A stretch of 64,000 nt of DNA from Dimorphilus gyrociliatus (lineage: Eukaryota > Animalia > Annelida), in NCBI GenBank assembly GCA_904063045.1, contig CAJFCJ010000016.1, positions 496,001 to 560,000 on the forward strand. The letters run 5' to 3'. Under the pieces are notes generated by a model that did not search any database, was not told where the DNA came from, and worked only from the letters and a program-made list of their open reading frames with translations. Of this stretch, positions 39,163 through 51,156 are shown in pieces. The position numbers and the translations under genes are program-made. Every line of letters starts with the position of its first letter. Position 1 is the first letter of the stretch.

Positions 39163-42003
39163 TTAATCAGACTTCAAAGTGTCAATGTAGTCCTTTAGCT
39201 CTTGAATACACCTTTGTCCAATTTCTTTAAGATTTTCGCGAAGAGAATTTTGCAACTTTTCTTCCAATGATGAATCTTTACTGCAAAACAAACACGGGAA
39301 TTAATTAAAGCGACATGGTGTTTGTTACATCTAAAACGTTCTGGGAATAATATTTGCTAATCTATCGCATTTATCTTCAAATGAACGACGATAGACAAAC
39401 AGTTGACTATGTTTAGACTTAAAGGATATGAGTATACTTTATACTGTGATATCTTATATTAGTAATTTATTCTCATTTTTACCTGATAAGCATTTTCACA
39501 ACAGCAGCGAAGGTTTCACAGTCTTGTCTGTATGATTGTTCAATTTCCTCTTTTTTATTCTTTAAAAGCGATAATTTTTCTGGGGGTAAACCAAATATTT
39601 CTGCTACTTCATTATTCAAAACGGCATGCTATTTGAATAAATATTAAATTACTAAATGTTAAATAACATTATTTATAGCCTTACATCTCCATGAACACTC
39701 TTATCCTGTTTCGAAATCGACCTGTATTTTGAATTATTTCAAAAATTAGATTTACAACTGCAGAAAAATATTAATGATTAAATTATACTAACATAAAATT
39801 TCCATTTTTGTTGAGTAGTGTCTTGTGATTCTCAGGAATATTCGCATTGTCGGCACTAGCATATTCTCCTTCTTCAGCATCATCAGTTGTCTGTTTTTTT
39901 TGCTTTCCTATATGATAAATAAAAAAATAAATACAAGGGTATCATTACAAAGCAGATAATTGATATTATACCTTTACGTAGTATCTCATTTTTATCTCTG
40001 CTCGAATGCCTATCGTAGTCCGAGCTAGGACTTCTATGATGCTTCCTATGAAAGAAACAAAAATATAAATAAATTTTTTTAGATAAAAATAAACAGATAT
40101 CGATAGTATAGTTTATACTATACTATTTTTTGTTATTCACTTATCAATATTTGAAATATTTCATTTGTAAATAATGTGTGAACGAATGCTGGTTGTAAAA
40201 TAGACATAAATAATCTTGCAAGTTATCAAATGATCTAAAAATATTATGTTTATATATAGGATTAACTATGTAGGATGTAGTAACAGCGTGTTTACGTAAC
40301 AGCTTTATCGATGGGATATTAGTGTAGTAAATATGTCTTTTTTACAAACAGAAGTCACCAGCTTGTTTTAAAAATTATATTGTAATATGTTTTACCGAGA
40401 AGCGATTTTATATTGAATTTAACCTATTCTGATTAAATTACTTAATTACTAATCTCTACTAACAATAAATGAGAAAGTAATTAATACTAAGACTAAGCGT
40501 TAAGTGAGTCTAATAAAACAACTAACAAACGTTAATATGAAAGATCAGGTAGTAAAATAAAAATTTACTTGTGCTTTTTCTTTTTTCTTTCTACAGGCGA
40601 CCTCGAACGTGATCTCATAGATTCAGAACTACTGCTCTTACGTCTTGGAGTTAAACTCCTACTGTATGTTCTAGATCTTGATCGTGACCTGGATCTGGAC
40701 CTAGATCTGGAGCGAGATCTTGACCGAGATCTTGATCTAGATCTGGATGAAGAATAATGATATCGACTGCTTTTGGTGTCCTTCGAATAGGTAGCCGAAT
40801 AATCATAATTGTTGTGACTACCAGATGAAGTTCTACCACGTTTGAAATTGCCTCTACCTCTACGGTAGAACATGCCTCTTCTTGGGCCGTTCATTTCAGA
40901 ATTGAATAAATCACGTGGACTAGGACCCAAACCTTTTTCATAAAGCTCTTGAGCCTTTTCCCTGGCTTTTTTCATATCACGAAAATAAGTGATTTTAACG
41001 AAACATCCAAGAATATCTGTAGAATCGAATCTACAAAAAAACAAAAAATTTTTTAATATTGTAGTTTTTTTTATCATAAAGTCAGGTGAGGGAAAAATGC
41101 CTGCTCTGTTAAAATTAAAACACGATATTCGATTTTTAAAACTATGAAATTTCCGAAACAAGAAAAAGCAAACAATAATAACAACAATCCTTAATAGCCA
41201 CATTTCCTCTTAAAAATAGAATTTATTTATTTTAAACGATGTGGAAAAAAATTAGGAACATATGTTGCTATCGTTTTTAAAGAGAACAGGTCGAAAAAAC
41301 TTTATGACAGAAAATGTTCTTTAAAAAGAATAAAAGAAGCATATCTGCCTATTTCCTTCTTTTTCTTTTAAATTATAAAAAATAAAAGAATAATAAGAAT
41401 ATTTACTTTTCGATAACTGACTTAGCGATGCTTTTACTATCGAATCTTAAAGCCAAATACAGAAAATTTTTGTCTTCTGAATCTCGCATGAATTCTACTG
41501 TTGGTAGACATCCTGTTTTTTCTTCGAAGAATTTTCTGAAAAATTAACATTCTAGTATAAAACGTGAGTTCAAGTCAAAAATTCTAAAGCAAATACGCTT
41601 CAATTTGTCTCTTTCAACCATAACAAAAATTTTTATTTTTACTGAATTTTTTTTAAAGCCGGACCATTTGTACCTTCTGTTGTAAAAGAATAATTTAAAG
41701 AGAAACGGATACAAGAGAATATTTTATCCCCATCCATCGTATTTTTCTGAAATAGTAACGCGTAGAACCGTTTAATTAATAATTGAATAAGAATTTCTTC
41801 AGAAATGGTTGACCAACGCCCTCAGCTTAAATTTATTCCAGAGCTGATATTTAAGTTATTTGACATAATCGGCTCCTGAAAAACGACGTGTAATTGCCTA
41901 ATATGTTTATAAAATACCTGATATCGTCAGTTGAAACGGATGTTGTGAAACCCCGTAGAAATACGGCATGTTTTGAACACGGAACGACCAGCTGAGAAGC
42001 CAT
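39163..42003 (-). CDS. PPHLN1: RRM + RS domain + periphilin C-terminal domain protein (388 aa, 8 exons)
   Basis: Exons 42003-41918, 41535-41407, 41030-40569, 40045-39972, 39907-39793, 39721-39685, 39628-39483 and 39280-39163 total 1167 nt; all are GT-AG and phase-consistent. The C-terminus KKEEIEQSYRQDCETFAAVVKMLISKDSSLEEKLQNSLRENLKEIGQRCIQELKDYI matches periphilin-1 as recalled (KEIEQVYRQDCETFGMVVKMLIEKDPSLEK..LRQNLHEIGERCVEELK). Confidence 0.85.
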
Positions 42004-45000
42004 TTTGAAACGGAAATGGAACCTTCGTGCTGCAGATGGCGCTATTTTGTATTAACTTTTAAATTAATTGATCTCATATTTCATGTATATTTAATATAAG
42101 ACTTTATCAATAATGGAAAATTCCGCTTTAGTAGTTGATCACGACAAAGCGTCACATTTGCTATTTTATTGCCAGCCAATCTGACTTGAAGTAATATTCA
42201 GAGCAATAGCCGTATAGATAATTAATTGAACAGAGAATAATCTGAAAGTTAATCATATAAAATATCATTTTTTTTCTTTCCTTCATGATATAATATTAAA
42301 ATGTTACAATTGTCAAATGACGTTTAATAAGAATTTTTCTAATTTCCTTTTTTTTTAAAATATGAAGAAGAAACTATAAAAGATGCTATAAAGTCATGCA
42401 TTAAAAAGTTCAAAATAATCCAAACTCTCTATTTCTTTTTATTAAAAAGAGAAACTTTCCTATTTAAAGTTTTATTCTAAATTGAAGAAACGAAAGTAAA
42501 AGAAGTTGTTTTTTTTCCCGTCTGCTTTTCTATTAGAAGCTGAGAACACAAAACTGTATTTACTATGAAAAACATTGTATAATTAATTGAAAAAATACTG
42601 TATTAAAATGAATATTGAACATAGAAATTGTTGTTATTTCGGAATATTTATTTATTAATTTATTAAAAATTATCATATAGACATAATAAAATAAGAAAGA
42701 TTTTATGTTTCTGGGTCAATATTCCGTTTATGTAAAAAGTATAAAGTTTTCAGTGAACTAACAAGTTATATAGTCAAGTAGGTTTGGTTGAAAGTCATAG
42801 TTTTTTCTCATGGTTATTTTCTAGTACTAGATAATATTAGGTTGAGGTGGTTTATTGACCTAGGTACCCAGTGAGTAAAATGTCCTACTTTCCTAAAACT
42901 ATCTGGCCTTGTTATAGTATTCAGACTGTTTTTTTTTTTTTACAAATTCAACCTAAAAAACAAGATCAAAGTCGAATTAAGAAACTAATTACATAAAGAC
43001 GAGTTTATTTTGTAATTTTATTTAGATATGAAAGATGCTTTCATTTGTTTTATTTATATTCTTATAATTTTATAGAATCTTTTCAAATTGCTAAAATATT
43101 GTTTAAGCAGACTTAGGTTTATTATAACTAAAACAAAAAGAGTGGGAAAGTTTATTTCATTTTTTTTTTTTTGGAGTTCATTAAAATAATAATATTATTT
43201 ATAGGATATAAGATAAACTCGCCTACGAATGGGTGGGTTGTATGAATCTATAATACTAGTGAACTCGCTCGTGACATTGGATTTTTTCTGGATTAGTTAA
43301 CGAAGTGTTCTAAATTGTGCAAGGTTATTATTGTCCTATAAGATAATTAATATTTATACAATATTAATTTAAGAGCATTTTAATAAAGTGGAGAAGTCGA
43401 AAGAGAATAGTTCTATTTTTTCGTAATATATTAAAGCTTGAATTTTATGAATAGTTACAAAGAAATATAAATTACTGATAAGACAAACTAAAAATTCATA
43501 TACAATGTCTAAATGCATAGTATAAACAGAATATATGAATTATTTCACGGGAATTTAGGATAATTTTGGCCAATGCTTAACGTCTTTCAGTTAAGTTTAT
43601 TAACCTCCTATCTTTTTTTTAAACTCACTTCCTGGGAATAATGTTTAAATATATGAATAGATTATTTTTAGGATTTATTACCAAGAACCCATACGTATGA
43701 GTTTCTTTTGGTCTTCTACGTATTTTTTAGGTTAGCCCTATTTCTCGTTGGTCCAATATCTTAATTTATTAGGATAGTAGAACAGAGTTTGAAATACTAA
43801 ACAGAAAGAGTATATTAGGTTAGTATGTTCAACGTTTTCATTTGAGATCAGTCGCTTTCTCTTTATTATATAGGCTTATACTCTCTATGTATTTCAAAGA
43901 AATCCTTTACAAGGGCTTGCAGCTTACAAGGGAAAAAATATAAAACTTATAATTTTTCGTCAGTATAAAGAGATAGAAAATGGGTTGAAAATAGAGAAGT
44001 TTCGATTCAGTCTTTAGTAGCTATCGGTTAGGAGTTGTTTGAGAAGTTTGTTTCTAATTATTGTCTTTGAACTAGGACATTTCCTGTTTTTTATTAACGG
44101 GTATCAACTTTGTACCCAATATATTAGTATAAACTAGAAAACAGAAATATTCCTGTTTTTAGACTATGTAAATAACATTAGCAGTCTAGGAGTAAGGATA
44201 GTGATTTCGAATGACCTTGAGAGGGACTTGCTATGCCAACCATTTCCGACTAACTTGCCGCAAGGAGGTTAATTTATGCAAAGTAAGGCCATCTGCACTG
44301 GATAAGGACTCAGGGGTGTCGACTTATTATTTAATATAGAAGGTCGGAGAATTTAGTCTAATCCCTTGGTCCAACCTCCTCTTTTTCAGGCCGACACTCC
44401 CCCCTCTAAAACAAAATACTATGTGACCTTTGGATTATGAGACGACTCTCGTTAGACTTAATCTGTTATTTTTGTTTCGTTTAAATGTCTATATATATAT
44501 ATATATACAGTATATATAATATGCACATGTTCAAAATTCAAGAAAACACTTTACTTCCTGAAAAAATGAAGATAAAAATAGGGCTACAATAATTAAATAT
44601 GATTTTTCATCAAGGTTATACTATTTAAAACAATTTTAATAGTAGAAAATTAGTCTCATATCATTCTAATTAGTTTTAATAAATCCTAAAGTACTTTGAA
44701 ATGGTAATATAAAGGCAAAATATTGTTGGAAAATGGTTTTGTTAATAAACTCAAGAATTATGGATAAAATTTCTCTTTTTCATAATTAAAAATTTCTTTT
44801 TTAACAAGATTTCTGATATAGATTGCTTTGTATTTGATTAAAAAAAGGATAATGGCAAAACGTATTTCTTGGTAATTATGAAAAATGCATTGACTTATAG
44901 ATATAGGCTTATGTAACAAAATAAAGAATATAATACAGTAAACAGTTCATATGAATACATTCATGCAATTAGGAGGAATATCTCATAATTCTAGAGAAAT

Positions 45001-45021
45001 AGCCAAAAAGGAAAACATATA

Positions 45022-45092
45022 TGCATTGGCCGGGAGTTGAACCCGGGTCTAGTGCTTGGAAGGCACCAATGCTACCGCTACACCACCAATGC
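45022..45092 (-). tRNA. tRNA-Gly: tRNA-Gly (TCC), copy 1
   Basis: GCATTGG/CCAATGC acceptor stem, anticodon arm GGTGC-CTTCCAA-GCACT, T arm CCGGG-TTCAACT-CCCGG; 71 nt. Confidence 0.95.
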
Positions 45093-45654
45093 TTATGCAT
45101 TGAAATCGAACTTGAATTCTCTCTCGTTTTCCATCATAAGTGCATATTCAAGTTAAAGTTATCTCTATAGAATTTTATAGATAAATAATTATAACATATT
45201 ATGTTCATAATACTTTAATGTAAACTCATGCGATACAGCCTTTATCAACTAACTTACTTGAACGTTACGATTATCACCAAATTATTCCTCATAAACATTA
45301 AAAATGAATATAGTACATTGCGCAATAAGAATAAATAATAAAATATTTGTTACTATTATTGTAGAGGCATTTAATGCCTTTAAGTGTTATTTCTCTATTT
45401 TTCTTTGAAAAACTTTTCTTTCGGAAGTGAGAATAATGCTGATGACAAACTGTCGGAACTGCGACTGTATGGTATGGTTCATATGTTACTTAAGTGGAAG
45501 TTGATTGTATTCTCAATATTATTTATTCATATTTATTACTACATCTCTGTTCTATGTAAAAGAATAAAGTGAATAATTAATTGCATAGTTATGGAGTAAA
45601 CTGGGACTGGTGATGGGAATAAAATATAGCTAAATAAGCAAGATTTTTATCCAC

Positions 45655-45725
45655 GCATTGGTGGTGTAGCGGTAGCATTGGTGCCTTCCAAGCACTAGAC
45701 CCGGGTTCAACTCCCGGCCAATGCA
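45655..45725 (+). tRNA. tRNA-Gly: tRNA-Gly (TCC), copy 2
   Basis: Identical 71-nt sequence, with a T-run downstream. Confidence 0.95.
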
Positions 45726-46244
45726 GGAATTTTTTTAATTAAATCTAACTAAAATTCTGTTTTTCTTTTCATAAAGATATTTTTTTGTACATATACGTGT
45801 CAAGTTTTGAATTGTGAAGGGGAAGACAATAGGGAACTATTATTTTACGCAACGCCATCTATGTTACAAATACTTAAGATTGAAATTGAAAAAGAAAGAA
45901 AAAACACCAATTAATAGTTCTGATATACTTAGACTAAGTGCATGCAATACTTTATAAAAAGGACAGAGAACTCCCAGCACTATCGAATTAATAGAAAAGG
46001 TGCATCGTTATCCTCAAGGTGAACAGGTGATTGTATTCTCAAAATTTCTTTGGGCTAGTTTATTGTTTCAAAAATTATGAACTCTACCACAATTAACCTT
46101 TTACCCTTTGTATTTTGAGGTATTAGAATAAAGAAATACCGAAATAGCGCTATAATTAAATATACTATAGTAATAATAATTAGTTATTTGGTACTGATGA
46201 GAGTTAGCAGAGGGAATTATTTATTGTTAAAATTGTCATCAACA

Positions 46245-46315
46245 GCATTGGTGGTGTAGCGGTAGCATTGGTGCCTTCCAAGCACTAGACCCGGGTTCAA
46301 CTCCCGGCCAATGCA
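46245..46315 (+). tRNA. tRNA-Gly: tRNA-Gly (TCC), copy 3
   Basis: Identical 71-nt sequence, with a T-run downstream. Confidence 0.95.
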
Positions 46316-46712
46316 TGTAAATTTTTCTTTTTGCTTATGATACAAAAAAGGACGTCAGCTGTGCTACTCTGCAATAAATAAGATAAGAGGAGAATCGGTG
46401 TAATACTTCTTTTCTCCTTTTGGTTGCATAATCCATTAAAAAAAAATATTGAATGATTGACCATGTTTACTCTGATGGAAATTGACATGATTAGATATCG
46501 CAATCTTTAGAAGTAAACATTGCGTTCTATTACAGTTGAAACACTGTTAAAAAAGTTAGAGCTGTTAAAATTTTGCAGTATAAATGATATAATATCAAAG
46601 AAAAGTATTAAAACCATCACTCTGTATTACGAAATATCAACTTTTGGGAGGTGAATGATGCTTGGTAAACAGAAAGGATTTGTGTTTGAAAATAAAATGA
46701 AAAAAATATGCC

Positions 46713-46783
46713 TGCATTGGCCGGGAGTTGAACCCGGGTCTAGTGCTTGGAAGGCACCAATGCTACCGCTACACCACCAATGC
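46713..46783 (-). tRNA. tRNA-Gly: tRNA-Gly (TCC), copy 4
   Basis: Identical 71-nt sequence on the minus strand. Confidence 0.95.
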
Positions 46784-47213
46784 GTGGACTATTGACGGTG
46801 TTCAAATTATTCAGATGAACTGAAGAAAAGACCTATACTGTCCTCTTTTAAATGTTCTCATAATAGTTCTGGAATTATTCTCAAATATATTAGATTTATC
46901 CATTCTCTTCATTGTTTGAATATTGGACACTAACTATATAGATTATCTAATGATGCTTTGTTGTTTTACTCTTTTTATGTTTATCTTGGGCAACACTTTT
47001 CATAATCACAAACTACTGTTTGATTACTTTACAAAATCCTACTAACAAAATATATACAATATATAACACATCTTTTAAGTCTTGTTTTTTTAATAATGAA
47101 CTGATCAGAAGAGAAAATAAAGTCTGTAGATGGCACCACATACTTTTTTCATAATCATAAAGTTCTTTGTTGTATTAAAATGAAAAGAATGAATAATGTG
47201 ATTAATGAGTTAA

Positions 47214-48494
47214 TTATGAAGAAACATAAAAGATGGAGAAACTTGTTAGATAATAAGAATCATCAAAACAAGCACTGTTTGGTGAGGAAAACGAAAGAAC
47301 GTCTCCATCTTTAAGCTCAAGGAGCATATTCATTGTATTCGTATTTTCGTCTCCAGGTCCAGTATTATGGTTAAGAAGCTCGCCTTTAAGTTCATTGTTT
47401 ACAAGAACCTCCATTTCCAATTTACATCTACGGTATTTGCCCCCAGTTACACTCAAAAAGTATAGACCACTTGTTTGGATTTCGTATTGGTTTTCTCTGG
47501 CATTCCAATAATTTCCCATGATAGCCAGAGTAGTATCAAACTCAATGGGATTCAATGCACCAAATCCTAACCAACCAGCTTTTCTAACAGCACTAAAAGA
47601 GGGTTTAGTATTTGAAGAATCCAGACGAAACATTAAAAAGCTTGTATGATATTTATCTACGTAGTTGCCTTTTAAACCACGAAGGGAGACTTCATCCTTC
47701 TCTTTTAGTTGGAAAATCCATGATCTTGTTGAAGACATGATATATTCTCCAGATTCATCATTATTTCTAACTATTTTACCAACTGACTGGAAAAGAGCTT
47801 GACCATTAATATAGATTTCTACTTCATTATTACTTGAATTGGTTGTTCCGAGTGTTATAGCAAAAAAGTACAATCCAGATTTTGCGATTCTCAATGCATT
47901 CTGACCATAACCTATTCCTTTTAAGATTCTAACATCGTTAAATATCATGTTATTGCCGTTTTTTTCAGTATATCCAGCATAAAAGATATTATCTGTATTA
48001 TATTTGAACGCAAGCCAAGATGTTGTTTTTGATATGGTATCACTAATAGTGGTAGATGATTTGAATGATCTTATGTTTTCCCTTCTCGACGAACTTCCAC
48101 TCTTATGTTCATACATGGAAATTCGGCTAGAAGTGACAACGTCATTGGCATTTGGTGGCTGGATTACATACTTATCGCCATAAAAAAAGTTGTGTCGAAA
48201 ATTAACCTCTCCGTCTTTAGGAGTAGCTGCATTAAGTGCTGAAAAGTAATAACCTGGTTCTGTAATATGAGCTGCATTATTGGTGTAAAAATTTTGCTTG
48301 TTTATTGCAACATCTGAAAATTGAACTGCTGCATTATTTGAGTAATGACGAAGATCAGAATCAAAAATGAAGAAGGCAGGATCTATAAAATACATACATA
48401 AGTACAAAAAAAGTTAATAAAGGTAAACTTATAGCTTACTTAGAAAAACGAAAGAGAGTTGAATACTCAAAATAAGAACGGCAAATAATTTCAT
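47214..48494 (-). CDS. Secreted protein with three tandem gC1q-like domains (paralog 1)
   Basis: Signal exon MKLFAVLILSIQLSFVFL (ATG 48494) spliced to the large exon. Repeated gC1q motifs PAFF..PGYYFSA, SGLYFFAITL..LKEKDEVSL, and PSFSA..FDTTLAIMGNYWN..SGLYFLSVT..LELKDGDVL..TSFSIFYV. Confidence 0.75.
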
Positions 48495-49635
48495 AATGTT
48501 TTAATATTTCTTAAAGAAACTTTACAGAAAGAAATATTGAAATAGAAAACAAGTTTTCCATCTTATATATGATGAAATCTCCTTTTTAACTAACAGCTGC
48601 TTTCTCTCAAAGAGAAGATTTTTTTTATGATATCATTTTGACCTTTTATACTTTTTAATGAACTGCTTGGTTAAATATACATAGAGTGATATAGCTTACT
48701 AATGCATTTTTATGGATATTTCATATCTATAAAAAAACTGTATATTTAATTTTGAGTATAAGCGAAAGTAAAGGAAATTGAACATTTGGCCATGAAAGGT
48801 TCAAAGGTTTCTTACCGAAAAATCGTAACTAGTACAGTACATAGATAGTGATTTGTATGAATACAGAGCATCCATACGGTTTTCTTTTCGAGACATGCAA
48901 TTTGGTTAAGCTGTAAGCTGTAACGTTGAATACATGTTTATAGTAAAGGATGGATGTAATACTCCTGGCTATAATAGGAATGGAGATAGATAAATGGATT
49001 ATCATTATCAGTCTGTCTATAGTATCGTTTTAGTAAAGAATCCTATTTGAAATCTCTAATTACTGAAGACATAAATTAAAGTTTACAGAAAAGAAATTCG
49101 ACAGAAGAGATTTATTATAGGAAAGCTTGTTTTTAATAAGGAAATATTTTGTATTATACTAATCAGGTATAGACATTGACATACAGTATATTAGAGTATT
49201 GTCAGGTAAAAATATCTACTATTTATATATATTAGTATATATATATATTTATATATACTAGTATATATAGTATACTGTATATATTAATATAAATTAATAC
49301 AATTGCAAAGAATTTGATCTATAAGAAAGAGTTAATCTCTTGGTTTCGTAGAAATATTAATTAGTGTTTCTTTGAATTTTTCTCTTATATAAAAGATTTA
49401 ATGCTATTTAAAAATATTCAAACAATGCTTTAATAAAAAAAATGAAAAAAATATCAAACATATAGATATGCTCAGGGAAACACGTCCACCTTCTTCTTTT
49501 TAACAATAGAGACTTTTTAATTAATGTATATGATCTAATAATATAAGTTTATGATAAAGGTGAAATTAATTATTATAAGGTGTTGTTTTGTTCTATTCAA
49601 TCGCATAAAAGGTTGAAGAAAAAGAGAAAGAAAAG

Positions 49636-49668
<33 letters not shown>

Positions 49669-51156
49669 GTATATGCGTGTTTATTGTAATAGTTTTGAAT
49701 TTAATAGAATTATATATCTGTAACCTAGAAAAGGGAAAAATTTTTTTGAAAGTGTATCTCTTTTGGAAGAGTCAATTTTCAAATATTCATATTTTAACCT
49801 TTATTGACATTGCACGTGTATTTTTATTCTCTTCATTATCAAGTTACCTCTATCTTTGTTGTTAAGCTTCATCTTTATGTCCTCAATGTTGTTTTCGGGC
49901 TTCTAGATAGTATTGAAAAACAGATGAATTTGTTACAATTTTTCCATGGCATTTCAACAATTCCCCGTGTTTATGAAAATTTTGTCAAGTTTAATAGGTT
50001 ATTGTCTAATCTTGTTCTTCCCCAGTGAGATTAGGACAAGGCGAAAATATATATTTCAGATTTTATAAAGCAAAAAGTGAATATCTTATACTTTCACTTA
50101 CTTTGTTGAAAAATCACCCTATTAGACTGTAAAATCTAGTTGATGATAAAAATTTAATCGCTTGGGTTTGTAGTTGTCAGTATTCGAGGTCAGACTGAAA
50201 AATCAACTAATATATATATATCAGCATTTGCCTATGATGTATATAAACTGTTTATGAAATTATGCAGCATCATTGTAACACATCTTAATAATATGATTAA
50301 ATTTTCACCAAAAATTCTAAAGAAAGGTGGACAGGGTTGAAAAGTTTCTTTTAAGTTTCCCCTTACTTTTTACTTTCTGTAGAAAAGACAAAATACTGAA
50401 ATGTATTATATTCTCAAGGTGACTTTTAAAGCTTTTCATGAAAAATGAATATGTCGTTTCTCACTAAATATACATGATAAAGGCTTTAATAACTTTTCAA
50501 AAGCTTCTTTCAGCAAATTCATTTTATGTTAAGAAAATATGTTCTATTTGACCCTTTTAACCTGATATTGATTGCAATATATAACATATATTACGCGATT
50601 CTAGGGCAAACTTGTGTGCAGTATGAAAGATGCTCTAATTGCTTGCTTTAAAAGGATGATCCGGAAGTATATTATAACGGAAATTACTTAAACAAAACAT
50701 CTAACTTTTCTATATTTGATACAAAAGAGAAAGTACTAAAGAAAATAGTTTTATTTGATTTTATAATATTGAACGGAGCATTAATCATTACGGTAAAGAT
50801 TTTTTAATTCAGTAGGAAAAAAGAAAGTTACATTACTAAAGATACAACTGCATTAGGTTAATAGGAAAACATTAAATACATGACCTGTTAATATATATTC
50901 ATTTTCACTTTTCTTTCATTTCCAGGTAGCATGAATACATTTACATAATTAGAATAGGCGATTGGAGGAAAGATATATTAATGTGTGTGCATATGTTTAG
51001 CATAACTCGCGTTAATTTATAAAAATAAGGCGATGACGCTTCTGACGATCACCATTACTGAGGGGGATAAATTGTCACATAGGGGTCTAGGTCCTAGGAG
51101 AGTGACAGCGAGAGTGGGATAGAGAGTAAGCAAATCGAGGAGAGAAAATTGAAAAT

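Noticed and set aside
40569-40839. ORFs 40569-40757 (+) and 40651-40839 (-) with DLDLD/PDL repeats
   Set aside because: Antisense and alternate-frame shadows of the RS-domain hexamer repeats.
43225-43250. let-7-like GTGGGTTGTATG
   Set aside because: No GAGGTAG seed and no hairpin.
44229-44260. miR-31-like fragments (TGCTATGCCAAC / GGCAAG)
   Set aside because: Partial matches only, in the wrong spacing, with no pre-miRNA fold.
44244-44349. RNase P/MRP P4-like pairing (GAAGGTCGGAG with TTCCGACT)
   Set aside because: The CR-I-like and CR-V-like segments are in the wrong order, and no other conserved regions are seen.
49194-49216. miR-8/200-like string GAGTATTGTCAGGTAAAAATATC
   Set aside because: The seed is mismatched and there is no complementary arm, so no hairpin forms.
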